Assembly: GCA_002269645.1 (NCBI GenBank)
Contig: NIVC01000147.1
Location: 1-64,000, forward strand
Direction of reading: 5' to 3'
DNA from: Macrostomum lignano
Taxonomy: Eukaryota
DNA: 64,000 nucleotides
A program made the translations under genes and the position numbers. The notes beneath the pieces are model-generated. The model had not been told where the DNA came from, ran no database searches, and was given only the letters and a program-made list of their open reading frames with translations. Positions 13,048 to 24,449 of the stretch are shown here, one piece after another (the first letter of the stretch is position 1; every line of letters starts with the position of its first letter).

Positions 13048-13449
13048 GCCGAGGTCGTGTCAGGTCGCGTCAAGAACGCCAGCGTGGTGAAGCCCATAGT
13101 CTATGGCAATTCCGCCCGTTTTCTCGGCCGGAAACGGGACGAAGACGGGCACACGCACGAGTGGACGGTGTACATCCGGCCAGCCGTGAACGACTGCATG
13201 TCCGCCTACGTGCGACACGTACAATTCAAGCTGCACGAGAGCTACGCCAACCCCGTGCGCACCGTGACGGAGCCGCCCTACGAACTCACCGAGACCGGCT
13301 GGGGCGAATTCGAACTGTCAATCAGGCTGGTCTGGCATGACCCAGCCGAGAAACCGGTGACCCTGTTTCACTTGTTGAAACTGTTCGATCAACGGAATCC
13401 GGATGTCACCACTGGGAGGACGGCCTTGACAGTGAGTTGGTAGGCAGAG

Positions 13450-13486
<37 letters not shown>

Positions 13487-13513
13487 GGCTGACAAACAGA
13501 CAGACAGACAGAT

Positions 13514-13582
<69 letters not shown>

Positions 13583-14091
13583 GGCAGATAGATACTAAGA
13601 AAGACATACAGACAGACAGACAGACAGGCAGATAGATACTAAGAAAGACAGACAGACAGACAGACAGGCTGACAGACACTAATACAGACAGACAGACAGA
13701 GAGACAGACAAACTGAGACAGACAGACAGACAGACAGACTCACAAACACGAGACAAACAGACAGACAGGTACAGAAAGCCTCCCGCCCGCACGCCAGGTG
13801 GAGCTCTACGATGAGCTGGTGTTCAACGAGCCGACCAAGGCCACGTACGACCTGCTGACTGCGCCGCGCCTCTGCCGCTCCGACCGACACTGGGGCAGCG
13901 CCGTCGGTGTTGACTACGCGGCTAAAAAGCTGCGCGACCTTGAAATGGTCCGCTCCGGCCGGCGGGAGCTCAAGGCCGAGCTGGACCTGCTCAAGGATGT
14001 CATTCGGAAGCGGCGGGATGCGGCTGACCGGCTCAAGGCCATGGTGGCCCGGCTGGAGGGCGCCGCTTCCGCCGCTGCCGGCGCTGACTGA
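13048..14091 (+). CDS. YEATS4: YEATS domain protein 4 (GAS41/Yaf9); exons 13048..13431 and 13798..14091; start codon not in these exons
   Basis: [74 protein letters not shown] plus C-terminal coiled coil; phase-0 intron GT(13432)..AG(13797). Confidence 0.95.
13443..13768. repeat. (GACA)n microsatellite filling the YEATS4 intron
   Basis: Direct inspection. Confidence 0.9.
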
Positions 14092-14130
14092 CAGCCGACT
14101 TTGAGCCTGGGATTCGCCTTGAACCTGCCT

Positions 14131-14736
14131 CTGTCTGTCACTCCTTACCCTTGTGTGTCTGTCACTCCTTACCCATGTGTGTCTGTCACTCCTTACCCTT
14201 GTGTGTCTGTCACTCCTTATCCTTGTGTGTCTGTCACTCCTTACCCTTGTGTGTCTGTCACTCCTTACCCATGTGTGTCTGTCACTCCTTACCCCTGTGT
14301 GCCTGTCACTCCTTACCCCTGTGTGTCTGTCACTATTACCCCTGTGTGCCTGTCACTCCTTACCCTTGTGTGTCTGTCACTCCTTACCCTTGTGTGTCTG
14401 TCACTCCTTACCCTTGTGTGTCTGTCACTCCTTACCCATGTGTGTCTGTCACTCCTTACCCCTGTGTGCCTGTCACTCCTTACCCCTGTGTGTCTGTCAC
14501 TATTACCCCTGTGTGCCTGTCACTCCTTACCCCTGTGTGCCTGTCACTCCTTACCCCTGTGTGTCTGTCACTCCTTACCCCTGTGTGCCTGTCACTCCTT
14601 ACCCCTGTGTGCCTGTCACTCCTTACCCCTGTGTGCCTGTCACTCCTTACCCCTGTGTGTCTGTCACTATTACCCCTGTGTGCCTGTCACTCCTTACCCC
14701 TGTGTCTGTCACTCCTTACCCCTGTGTGCCTGTCAC
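14131..14736. repeat. 23-24-bp minisatellite (GTGTGTCTGTCACTCCTTACCCCT)
   Basis: About 25 units just 3' of the YEATS4 stop. Confidence 0.95.
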
Positions 14737-16059
14737 TCTAATTCCTTGTGCTCTCCAACTGGTAATCATTGCGAATTCCCACCAGCATTTGTCTTAAATA
14801 TTCGTAATCGACTCAAATCTTATTAATATTGCAGTGTAAATAAATACAAGCTGTGTATTATAAATATTAGTTTCAATTAACTCTGGTGAAAATAAAAAGA
14901 TCCTATTGATTCGCCTTAATTATTTTCCCCGAATAATCGCTCTGACTGGCTGTGTGGAAATGCAGATTGCGGGATTTGAGACCCCTATGACGAGGCACGG
15001 GGAGTCTTCGAGTCCGCTAATCGATTTTCCTTGTGTCGCCGCGAGGAACGCGACCGGGATTCGAGCCCCAAGTCAGCGCAGCTCCATTCGCCTTATCAAT
15101 TGTGTTCTGCATTTTTCCTTCTCCTCGCCGACTTTGCTGATCCTCTGCAATGCTTTGAGTCGCTAACGCGGCCCCAGCCCCAGCTGATGGCCGATCGATG
15201 TCGCTCCTCAGATTTTTAATTGCCCGCCGGCCTTGGTGGCCTGGGAATGGAATAATGCAGGAAGAACTCCTCCCCTGGGACTTGGGGGCTTCTGTCAGAG
15301 CGCCTCTGGCTGCTGCATATAAGATATATATATGGCACAAGTGAGCCGTCCGGAAGTCGCTACTTCATTTCTTCGGTCTCTCCTTTCTCCATATTTTTGA
15401 CGCCCCGATTCAGTCCGCGAATGAAGCCTGGCTTTGGTGAGCGCTTTAATATTGCTTAATACTGTTCTGAAAGCTTAGATCCTCATCTGACACTTGTAAA
15501 TCCCTGAGCTTGAATTCAGATTTCTTTGAGCAGCTTTGCAAAGACCATCTCAGATTCGTTTGGGTCCTGGATTTCTAATTCCCTTCAGTAATTTTCTTTA
15601 GGTTTAGAGCATTATTTGCTTGGTATGCTACTGCTGAGTAGCTTCCGTGACATTTTCTACTTTCTAATAATCGCAATATCCTAAGCTCCGCAGGATAATT
15701 TCTGAATCCCCCGAAATCCCATTAGCGAAGTCGCGCCAGTCGCGCCGCGCCGGCCTGGTGGCGAAGTGGCGCCGTCGCCGACTGCTGGCGCTGCCGGGGG
15801 CTGGGCGCCGGCGCCGCGAGGCAGGACTTTGCCGCGTTGGCTGGAGCCGCTGCAGCTCTGGGGCCTTCGGCGGCGGCGGCATCGTGTGCTGCGTGCTGAT
15901 GCTGAGTGCTGCCGACTGCGGTGAGCCTTTCAGAATTTCGGAAGTTAATCTGGGTGGGACTGCAGGGAGGCCGCGAACTGATGCAAGTAGCGCCATGTGA
16001 GTCCAGTAATTGCTGTGAGTGACACCGCACACGGCAGAAGTCTGACCCTGTCTGACACT

Positions 16060-16560
16060 TATCTGATAGCATGTGAAACTCATCTCATGACACTCATATG
16101 ACACCATCTGACACTGTATGACACTCATTTGACACTGTACGAATATGACACTCATCTCATAATACCCATCTGACCCTATATGACACCCATCTGGCGCCAT
16201 ATGACACTCATCTGACACCATATATGACACTCATCTCATGACACTCATCTGACACCATATGACAATTATCTGACATCTCATGACACTCATCTGACACCAT
16301 ATGACACTCATCTGACACCATATGAAACTCATCTGACATCTCATGACACTCATCTGACACCATATGACACTCATCTCATAACACCCATCTGCCCCCATAT
16401 GACACCCATCTCATAACACCCATCTGCCCCCATATGACACTCATCTCATAACACCCATCTGCCCCCATATGACACTCATCTCATAATACCCATCTGCCTC
16501 CATATGACACCCATCTCATAATACCCATCTGCCCCCATATGACACTCATCTCATAACACT
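16060..16560. repeat. Degenerate minisatellite (ATATGACACTCATCTGACACC / CATCTCATAACACCCATCTGCCCC)
   Basis: Direct inspection. Confidence 0.85.
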
Positions 16561-18528
16561 ATCGCACTTCTCATCTCATGGCACCAAATGAGAGCCGTCC
16601 GAAAACCTTTTTTACATTACGAGCTAAGACGCGGGAATTAGCCCCCCCCTTATTAAATGCTTTCACACAAATTTTGAGCCGAAAATTTCGGTACTGGCGT
16701 TATTATCTTTCAAAGACTGGCTTTTAAGATTTTGATTCCATATATTTTATATTTTTATCCATCTTATCCAGCGGCATTAGATCGGGATTGGGACCCAGCC
16801 GTCTCGGAATGTCGGCCTGCTTCTTCCCCTTGCCCGAAGGGAAATCCCAAAGCAGAGTAGAGGCAAAGAGGAGAGAGGGGAGTAATTGAGTTTTCCGCTT
16901 CCTCCATCACTTTGCCTGCCTGCGCGGCCCCTTTGCTGTCTCACTACAGCAGCGTTCTTAGTCACCGCCTCCTTCGCTCCGCAGGATCCCAGATCTGGGA
17001 ATGGGGGGGCGGCTCCTCATCAACTGCGGTCCAGCTGCCGCAGACTCTTCATCCGGGCAGGGCGAGGCGTCTCACCTTTTCACACGACTTCTTGGAGAGC
17101 GCCATCTGGAGTAGCCGCCTCAGACTCTGACGTGGTCGAATGTCCCTGCCCAGTGCGCACTGTGTGGGAGACTTTCTCTGCTGCGATGACGTAATCTCAG
17201 ATTGCCCCCCTGCACTGGGGAGGCTTGTGCGTGGGACAGGGAGGAGGGTAGGGTAGGTTCTCCGGCTCGATTTTGGGGATGAAGCTCATACATCCAGCCT
17301 CCCAGTTTATTTAAGCCCATCATCTCATTAGTATTCGCTGCTTGGGTATTAATAAAAAAATCAAAGCGATTCGAAAAAAAATCCAAAAATCCAAAAGGTT
17401 GGATTCCAAAATCCAACCCCTAACTTTGGGGAGCAGAGAAGGTCAATCCCAAAATCCCACACCTAATTTTGGGGAACAGGGAAGGTCAATCCAAAATCCC
17501 ACTCCTAGCACATACGTGTACTGTCTCTATAAACTTGTTGAGCCTCTGTGTACAACTTCGTACATTCAGCCAGAAACAGACGAGCTTTTTCTATACCGCA
17601 CAATGGGTTGCTTACCCAGTAGTCTGTAAAAACTCTTTAAATATGTCAACTAGGATTCTGACACAGGTGCGGCTTGTTCCGCTGTTCCCCTCTCCCTCCA
17701 GTCCTCTCTGTGTTCACCTTCACCCAGACCCCCCCAGCCCAGCGCACTGTGCAGCGGAGAGAGGGGCACGGGAGAGAGCAGGGAATCTACGAAGGCAGGG
17801 GAATTCACGCTCCGGCAATCCCGGGTCCGCTGCGGGAGGAAGCCGTGAGGGGGGGCAGGCGCGAACGCTGCAATAGGGGATGAAATGGAAGGGGAAGAGA
17901 GAAGAGGCAGATGGGATTATAGGGGCTCACCCTCCTCCTCTTCCTCTCTCCCTCTTCTTCTCTGGCTTCCCCATCGATCAGAGGGGAATTAGTGGGCGAG
18001 GCTTCCCAGCGGAGGGGGAGTCGGACCGCGCGCGGCAGAACGCGGCGCTCTGACCAGCCCTGGGGATCGCGAACGGCCTAATCCCCGAACGTTGGAGCTG
18101 AGCAGAGGGAGGAAATGCGGAGAGGAGGGGGGAGGGGCGGCGTGGGTGCGCGCACTGCAGGGAGCGGTGCAAGCTTAAGGGGGGCCTCGGCGTGGGGCTG
18201 TCGCTGCGGGACAAGCTGCCAGAACCCTGCAGCGAGACAGAAATAGAGCCAGGCAGAGTAAGAAAAAGTAAAGGCGACAGTCAAGGCCCAGAGAGGCTCA
18301 GCCGGTGGGCATAAAAAACCGCAGTTGTTCAGGCATGTCACAGCGCTGAAGTCTGCATTCCGTGAAGATCAGAATTCTCATAGCTGGCCAAGCAAGGGCT
18401 GCTTCTGCAATTGAAACACAGGGGAAGCAGTTTTATAAAGTTCTGAGTGAGCCGTCTTGAGCTTTGCTGTCTCTCCTTCTCCCGACATCGCCAGCTTCCT
18501 GGAGGCGAAGGTGTCGGCCGCAGTTCGG

Positions 18529-19198
18529 CATGGGCAACCAGCAGGCGAACAGCGACCGTCAGGGCCAGCAGCCGCTGCCAGCGCCATCGCAGCAGCAGCA
18601 GCAGCATCGTCGGAAGCGTCGATTCAAAGCAAAATCGGACGACTCGGCGAATCATTTGACGTCGATATCGGCGACTGGCGCGGCTGAGCCCTCGGTTCAA
18701 CGCCTGCACCGCCAGCTGTGGTGGAGCCGGACGCCGAGGCGGATGCGGACGCTGCCGAGGTGGCCGAGCCGGGCCTGTCCAGGAGAGATGAAGGCTCCAC
18801 CTCGGCGGCCTACATGTACAAGCTGCTGCCTCCGCCGGACGAAGAATCGGCCACTTTCGGTGGAGGAGGGGGCGGCGGCCTCGGCGGGATGAAGCGCTCT
18901 CCAGCCTTTGACGCCGACGTCAGCGAGCTGCCCAGCAAGACGGACGAGCAGATCCGCTGCCTGGTGGCCCGGACAGCCGCCTGCTGCGTTGTCAATGACG
19001 ACCACATGTTCCCCGACTCCGTCACCCCGTGCAAAGTCGACGGCCGACTGTCGGTCGATTACGACGTGCCCTACATTGACGACGACTTTTTCATCTTCGA
19101 CGAATGGTACATCACCGATGACAAGCGCTGGTCCTGCCTGCGGCGGGCGGAGCTGCCCCGCCTGGCCGAGTGCGAGGACAGCCGGGTCACCGAGTCCG
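18529..19198 (+). CDS. Uncharacterised protein, first coding exon (MGNQQA...); apparent 1-nt frameshift near 18718; donor GTGAGC at 19199
   Basis: High-GC3 codons in frame 2 up to about 18717, then in frame 1 (VEPDAEAD..FPDSVTPCKVDG..DDDFFIFDEWYITDDKRW) up to a consensus donor. Confidence 0.55.
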
Positions 19199-19365
19199 GT
19201 GAGCTGGGGCCCGGATCTCTGCAGAAGTCTTCTTGGGGATCATTGTTGCGTTTTTATCTGAAATTTTCAAGGAATAAAATACCAAGGGGTGTCATTTTGG
19301 AGCTTTTATACTTCGACCAATTTCAAGAAACAGAGTGTCCCGTACTTCTGGTAGTCCTTGGCAAG

Positions 19366-20244
19366 GGGGCCCATCACAAGCTCGAAAAATCGCATCGTCG
19401 AAAAGCATCCACCATCACAAGCTCGAAAAATCATAAGCTCGAAAAATCACATCGTCGAAAAGCATCCACCATCACAAGCTCGAAAAATCATAAGCTCGAA
19501 AAATCACATCGTCGAAAAGCAACCACCATCACAAGCTCGAAAAATCATAAGCTCGAAAAATCACATCGTCGAAAACTGATTTAGCAACCACCATCACAAG
19601 CTCGAAAAGTCATAAGCTCGAAAAGTCATAAGCTCGAAAAGTCATAAGCTCGAAAAATCATATCGTCGAAAAGTCTAGCAACCACCATCATAAGCTCAAA
19701 AATTCACAAGCTCGAAAAGTCACGTTGTCGAAAAGGTTAGCAACCACCATCACAAGCTTGAATAGGGTTGGGGTTAGAGCTTGTGCCTTAAGGTTAGGGT
19801 TAGGTTAGGGTTGGGGTTAGGGTTATGGTTCAGGGTTAGGCTAGGGTACTGGTGCCTTAGGGTTAGGGTTAGTGCCTTGGGGTTAGGGTTAGAGCTTGTG
19901 CCTTTTCGAGCTTGTGAGGGCTAAACTTTTCGACGATGTGATGGTGGCTGCTAAATCAGTTTTCGACGATGTGATTTTTCGAGCTTATGACTTTTCGAGC
20001 TTGTGATGGTGGTTGCTAAAATTTTCGACGTTATGATTTTTTGAGCTTATGACTTTTCGAGCTTGTGATGGTGGTTGCTAAAATTTTCGACGTTATGATT
20101 TTTTGAGCTTATGACTTTTCGAGCTTGTGATGGTGGCTGCTAAATCAGTTTTCGACGATGTGATTTTTCGAGCTTGTGACTTTTCCAGCTTGTGATGGAG
20201 CCTTGTTTTCGACGATGTGATTTTTCGAGCTTATGATGGCGACC
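19366..20244. mobile_element. Foldback-type non-autonomous DNA element; internally repetitive long inverted arms, TTAGGG-like core, 8-10 bp TSD
   Basis: AAGCTCGAAAA arrays (19366-19760) mirrored as TTTTCGAGCTT (19905-20244); CCTTGGCAAG at both 19356..19365 and 20245..20254. Confidence 0.8.
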
Positions 20245-20359
20245 CCTTGGCAAGACCTTCCCCAAAACCCGAATTTCGAATACCAAATCCCAATTTTATA
20301 ATTATAATAACTTCTAAACACTAAAATCTAAACAACTTCTAAACAACTTCTAAACAACT

Positions 20360-22040
20360 TATGATGTGGTAGTCTATGGTGTGGTAGCTTAGCTTATGAT
20401 GTGGTAGTGTATGGTGTGGTAGCTTAGCTTATGATGTGGTAGTCTATGGTGTGGTAGCTTAGCTTATGATGTGGTAGTCTATGGTGTGGTAGCTTAGCTT
20501 ATGATGTGGTAGTCTATGGTGTGGTAGCTTAGCTTATGATGTGGTAGTCTATGGTGTGGTAGCTCAGCTTATGATGTGGTAGTCTATGGTGTGGTAGCTC
20601 AGCTTATGATGCGGTAGTCTATGGTGTGGTAGTGTGGGGTGGGGTGTCTATGGGGTTAAGACGCGTCATTCTATTGAGGTAGTGTATGAGCGGTACGGCT
20701 ATAGTGTAACTTATTCGGTCGCGGTTCCAATTCCTACTGCCAATTCTTACTTCCTACTGTCAATTCCTACTGCCAACACTTTAAGCGGATGTCTCTTCAG
20801 AAGGACTTCTGCATGAACCAAGCGATTGTAAGCAATAAACCAAGTCTCAAGTCTAGACTGAAACTTTTCCTCTCAACCTTATGCTGGCACCCTCGCTTAG
20901 CAACTGGCTTGTCAAAATTAATCACACCTCAAACAGGGTTTTCCCATCGTTCCTAAAAATGCGGATTTGCGATGCGCTGCGATGGCGCTGGGCAGGGCCG
21001 ACGCCCCGGATAAACACTGACCAGGCCGCCAAGGCTTAATCCCTCCGCCTCTAGCTGTAGCTGGGCCCACAGTTTCTTCCCGGTACCTACTGATGGGAGA
21101 TTTCTCCCACGCTTTGGGTGCGGGGGTGGGAGACCGGGAGAGAATCTGATGCGGCTGGCTGTGGTTTCCCGATCCTCCGTTGCTAGGGGGGGGGGGGGTA
21201 CTGGCCCGATTCGTGATCTGATTATCGATCAGGCTGATTTTGTTGATGGCTTTTTCTGTATCAGAGTTTGTTATCCTTTTCCCTGTAGATTAGTTGCTGA
21301 GAGTCGGCGTGTTAAGAATCGAACTCGCCGTTGGCTGTTTGCAGTGTGGTAGTCTGATGTAGTGTACAGATTAGTAGTCTATTTAGTATATGAGAGTTAT
21401 AGCTCAGATTATGATGCAGTAGTCTATGGTGTGGTAGCTTCAGTCCATTATGCGGTAGTCTATGGTGTGGTAGCTTCAGTCCATTATGCGGTAGTCTATG
21501 GTGTGGTAGCTTCAGTCCATTATGCGGTAGTCTATGGTGTGGTAGCTTCAGTCCATTATGCGGTAGTCTATGGTGTGGTAGCTTCAGTCCATTATGCGGT
21601 AGTCTATGGTGTGGTAGCTTCAGTCCATTATGCGGTAGTCTATGGTGTGGTAGCTTCAGTTCATTATGCGGTAGTTTATGGTGAGGTAGCTTCAGCTTAT
21701 GATGCGCCGCTAGTCTATGGTGTGGTAGCTTAGCTTATGATGTGGTAGTCTATGGTGTGGTAGCTCAGCTTATGATGTGGTAGTCTATGGTGTGGTAGCT
21801 CAGCTTATGATGCGGTAGTCTATGGTGTGGTAGCTTAGCTTATGATGTGGTAGTCTATGGTGTGGTAGCTCAGCTTATGATGCGGTAGTCTATGGTGTGG
21901 TAGCTTAGCTTATGATGTGGTAGTCGATGGTGTGGTAGCTCAGCTTATGATGCGGTAGTCTATGGTGTGGTAGCTCAGCTTATGATGTGGTAGTCGATGG
22001 TGTGGTAGCTCAGCTTATGATGCGGTAATCTATGGTGTGG
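20360..22040. repeat. 35/36-bp minisatellite blocks (ATGATGTGGTAGTCTATGGTGTGGTAGCTTAGCTT) at 20360-20632 and 21410-22040
   Basis: Direct inspection; both blocks are followed by the same approx. 110-bp unique flank. Confidence 0.85.
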
Positions 22041-23198
22041 TAGTGTGGGGTAGGGTGTCTATGGGGTTGACATGTCATTCTATTGAGGTAGTGTATGAGT
22101 GGTACGGCTATAGTGTAACTTATTCGGTCGCAGTTCCAATTTCTACTGCCAAACGCTGCCTGCACTCATTTATTTCGGATGCAGTTTGCTTTTCAAAAAG
22201 AACCCCAGCCACCTGGATTTTGGACACAAAGCGTCGGAGCGGCTTCGATTTTAGACTCGAAGTCTCACGCACTGAAAGCTTCGACTCAGATTTCCAACGA
22301 AAATCGGGTTGTTGAATTCTGTTTGGCACTCGAGTGTGTAACTCTGCTCTTGTTGAGCATGAGCTCAGTTTCTGCTTAGGTAGTGCCTGCCCAAAATGGC
22401 ACTGTCTAGAATGTACAAGAATATGGCACTGTCTAGAATGTACAAGAATATGGCACTGTCTAGAATGTACAAGAATATGGCACTGTCTAGAATGTACAAG
22501 AATATGGCACTGTCTAGAATGTACAAGAATATGGCACTGTCTAGAATGTACAAGAATATGGCACTGTCTAGAATGTACAAGAATATGGCACTGTCTAGAG
22601 TGTACAAGAATATGGCACTGTCTAGAATGTACAAGAATATGGCACTGTCTAGAATGTACAGGAATATGGCACTGTCTAGAATGTACAAGAATATGGCACT
22701 GTCTAGAGTGTACAAGAATATGGCACTGTCTAGAGTGTACAAGAATATGGCACTGTCTAGAATGTACAAGAATATGGCACTGTCTAGAGTGTACAAGAAT
22801 ATGGCACTGTCTAGAGTGTACAAGAATATGGCACTGTCTAGAATGTACAAGAATATGGCACTGTCTAGAGTGTACAAGAATATGGCACTGTCTAGAGTGT
22901 ACAAGAATATGGCACTGTCTAGAATATACAAGAATATGGCACTGTCTAGAATGTACAAGAATATGGCACTGTCTAGAATGTACAAGAATATGGCACTGTC
23001 TAGAATGTACAAGAATATGGCACTGTCTAGAATGTACAAGAATATGGCACTGTCTAGAATGTACAAGAATATGGCACTGTCTAGAATGTACAAGAATATA
23101 GCACTGTCTAGAATGTACAAGAATATGGCACTGTCTAGAATGTACAAGAATATGGCACTGTCTAGAATGTACAGGAATATGGCACTGTCCAGAATGTA

Positions 23199-24449
23199 TT
23201 GGGCTGTTAGGAAAGTTCTGTCCGTTTTGACTAAAATAGGTTGGAACGAGTTTTTATAGGAACGCAGCAGTGTTACTCAGTAAAATAATTGCCATCGCAA
23301 TCGATGACCCTCTGCCAACGAGAGGGCAGACTTTGGATGCCAGCTCTGTAGAAATCCTTGGGCTGTGATTCAAAAAAGTTAGTAATGCAGTCCTTGACCC
23401 CTTTGTCATCTTCAAACGTTTTCTCTTTCAGATGATGGTGCAGCGCTCGAAAAAGATGGTAGTCTGTAGGGGCCAGATCAGGGCTGTAAGGTGGGTGAGG
23501 CAGCACTTCCCAGCCCAGATCCAGCAGCTTTTGTCGGGTCAAATTGGCGGTGTGCGGCCGAGCGTTGTCATGAAGGAAGCGAACATGCTGACGCCCTGGA
23601 CGCTGTGTGCGGAGGCAGTCGGCCACATTCTGCAGCTGGTTACAGTAGAGCTCGGCGGTGATGCTGGTGTTGGGCGGCAGCAGCTCAAAGTATACAACTC
23701 CTTCACTGTCCCACCAACAGCAGAGCATCACCTTCTTAGGGTGCAGTGGAGCCTTTGGCTCTGGCTGTGGCGGCTTGCCGGCATCGACCCACTGGCGCTT
23801 GCGGTGTATATTAACGTACATCACCCACTTCTCATCACCAGTGAGTATTGAGGCCAGCCAGTCTGTTGTTCTCTTGTAGGAGAGCAGTGAGGTGCAAATG
23901 TCTGCTCGGCTTTGACGGTCCCTGTCAGTCAGGTCATGGGGGGTCCACTGTCCGAGCTTGCTTTTCTTGCCCATGGCAGCCAGGTGTTCAGCGACTTGCA
24001 CATGGGAGCACCCGAGAGTGGCTGCCAGCTCTCGTGTAGTCTGGTGCGGATTGGCCTCCACAAGTGTCCGCAGCAGCTCAGTGTCTATCTCAGATGGGCG
24101 TCCAGGGCGAGGTTCGTCAGCAAGGCTGTAGTCGCCGCTGCGAAAGCGATCAAACCAACAACGGGCTGTGCGGTCAGAGACAGCATCCTGGCCAAATGCA
24201 CTGCACAGGCGTCGAGTCGATTCGGCTGCTGTAATACCTGCTAGAAAATCATATAGCATGCACTGCCTTAAAGCGATGCTGTTTAATTCAAAATTTCTGG
24301 CCATAGTTGGGCGCTGAAAAGCAAATGACTTGGTTAGAATGACCACAACTCTGGCTGTGTATGCATACACAAGTATTGGATCCAACACAGCTTCATGATC
24401 CTCTGCATAGAAAAATAAAAAAACGGACAGAACTTTCCTAACAACCCAA
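23199..24449 (-). mobile_element. Full-length mariner (DD34D) transposon, 1251 bp
   Basis: 30-bp TIRs TTGGG(C/T)TGTTAGGAAAGTTCTGTCCGTTTT with 1 mismatch; TA duplication at 23197-98 and 24450-51 inside the satellite unit AGAATG-TA-CAAG. Confidence 0.97.
23273..24304 (-). CDS. Intact mariner transposase, 343 aa
   Basis: MARNFE.. HTH, DEPRPGRP, WTPHDL, TGDEKW, HDNARPH, HPPYSPDLAPTDYHLF; no stops or frameshifts. Confidence 0.95.
   Translation of the reverse strand: MARNFELNSIALRQCMLYDFLAGITAAESTRRLCSAFGQDAVSDRTARCWFDRFRSGDYSLADEPRPGRPSEIDTELLRTLVEANPHQTTRELAATLGCSHVQVAEHLAAMGKKSKLGQWTPHDLTDRDRQSRADICTSLLSYKRTTDWLASILTGDEKWVMYVNIHRKRQWVDAGKPPQPEPKAPLHPKKVMLCCWWDSEGVVYFELLPPNTSITAELYCNQLQNVADCLRTQRPGRQHVRFLHDNARPHTANLTRQKLLDLGWEVLPHPPYSPDLAPTDYHLFRALHHHLKEKTFEDDKGVKDCITNFFESQPKDFYRAGIQSLPSRWQRVIDCDGNYFTE

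Noticed and set aside
15040-15100. tRNA T-loop-like GGCTCGAATCCCGG on the - strand
   Set aside because: No A-box, acceptor stem or cloverleaf could be built.
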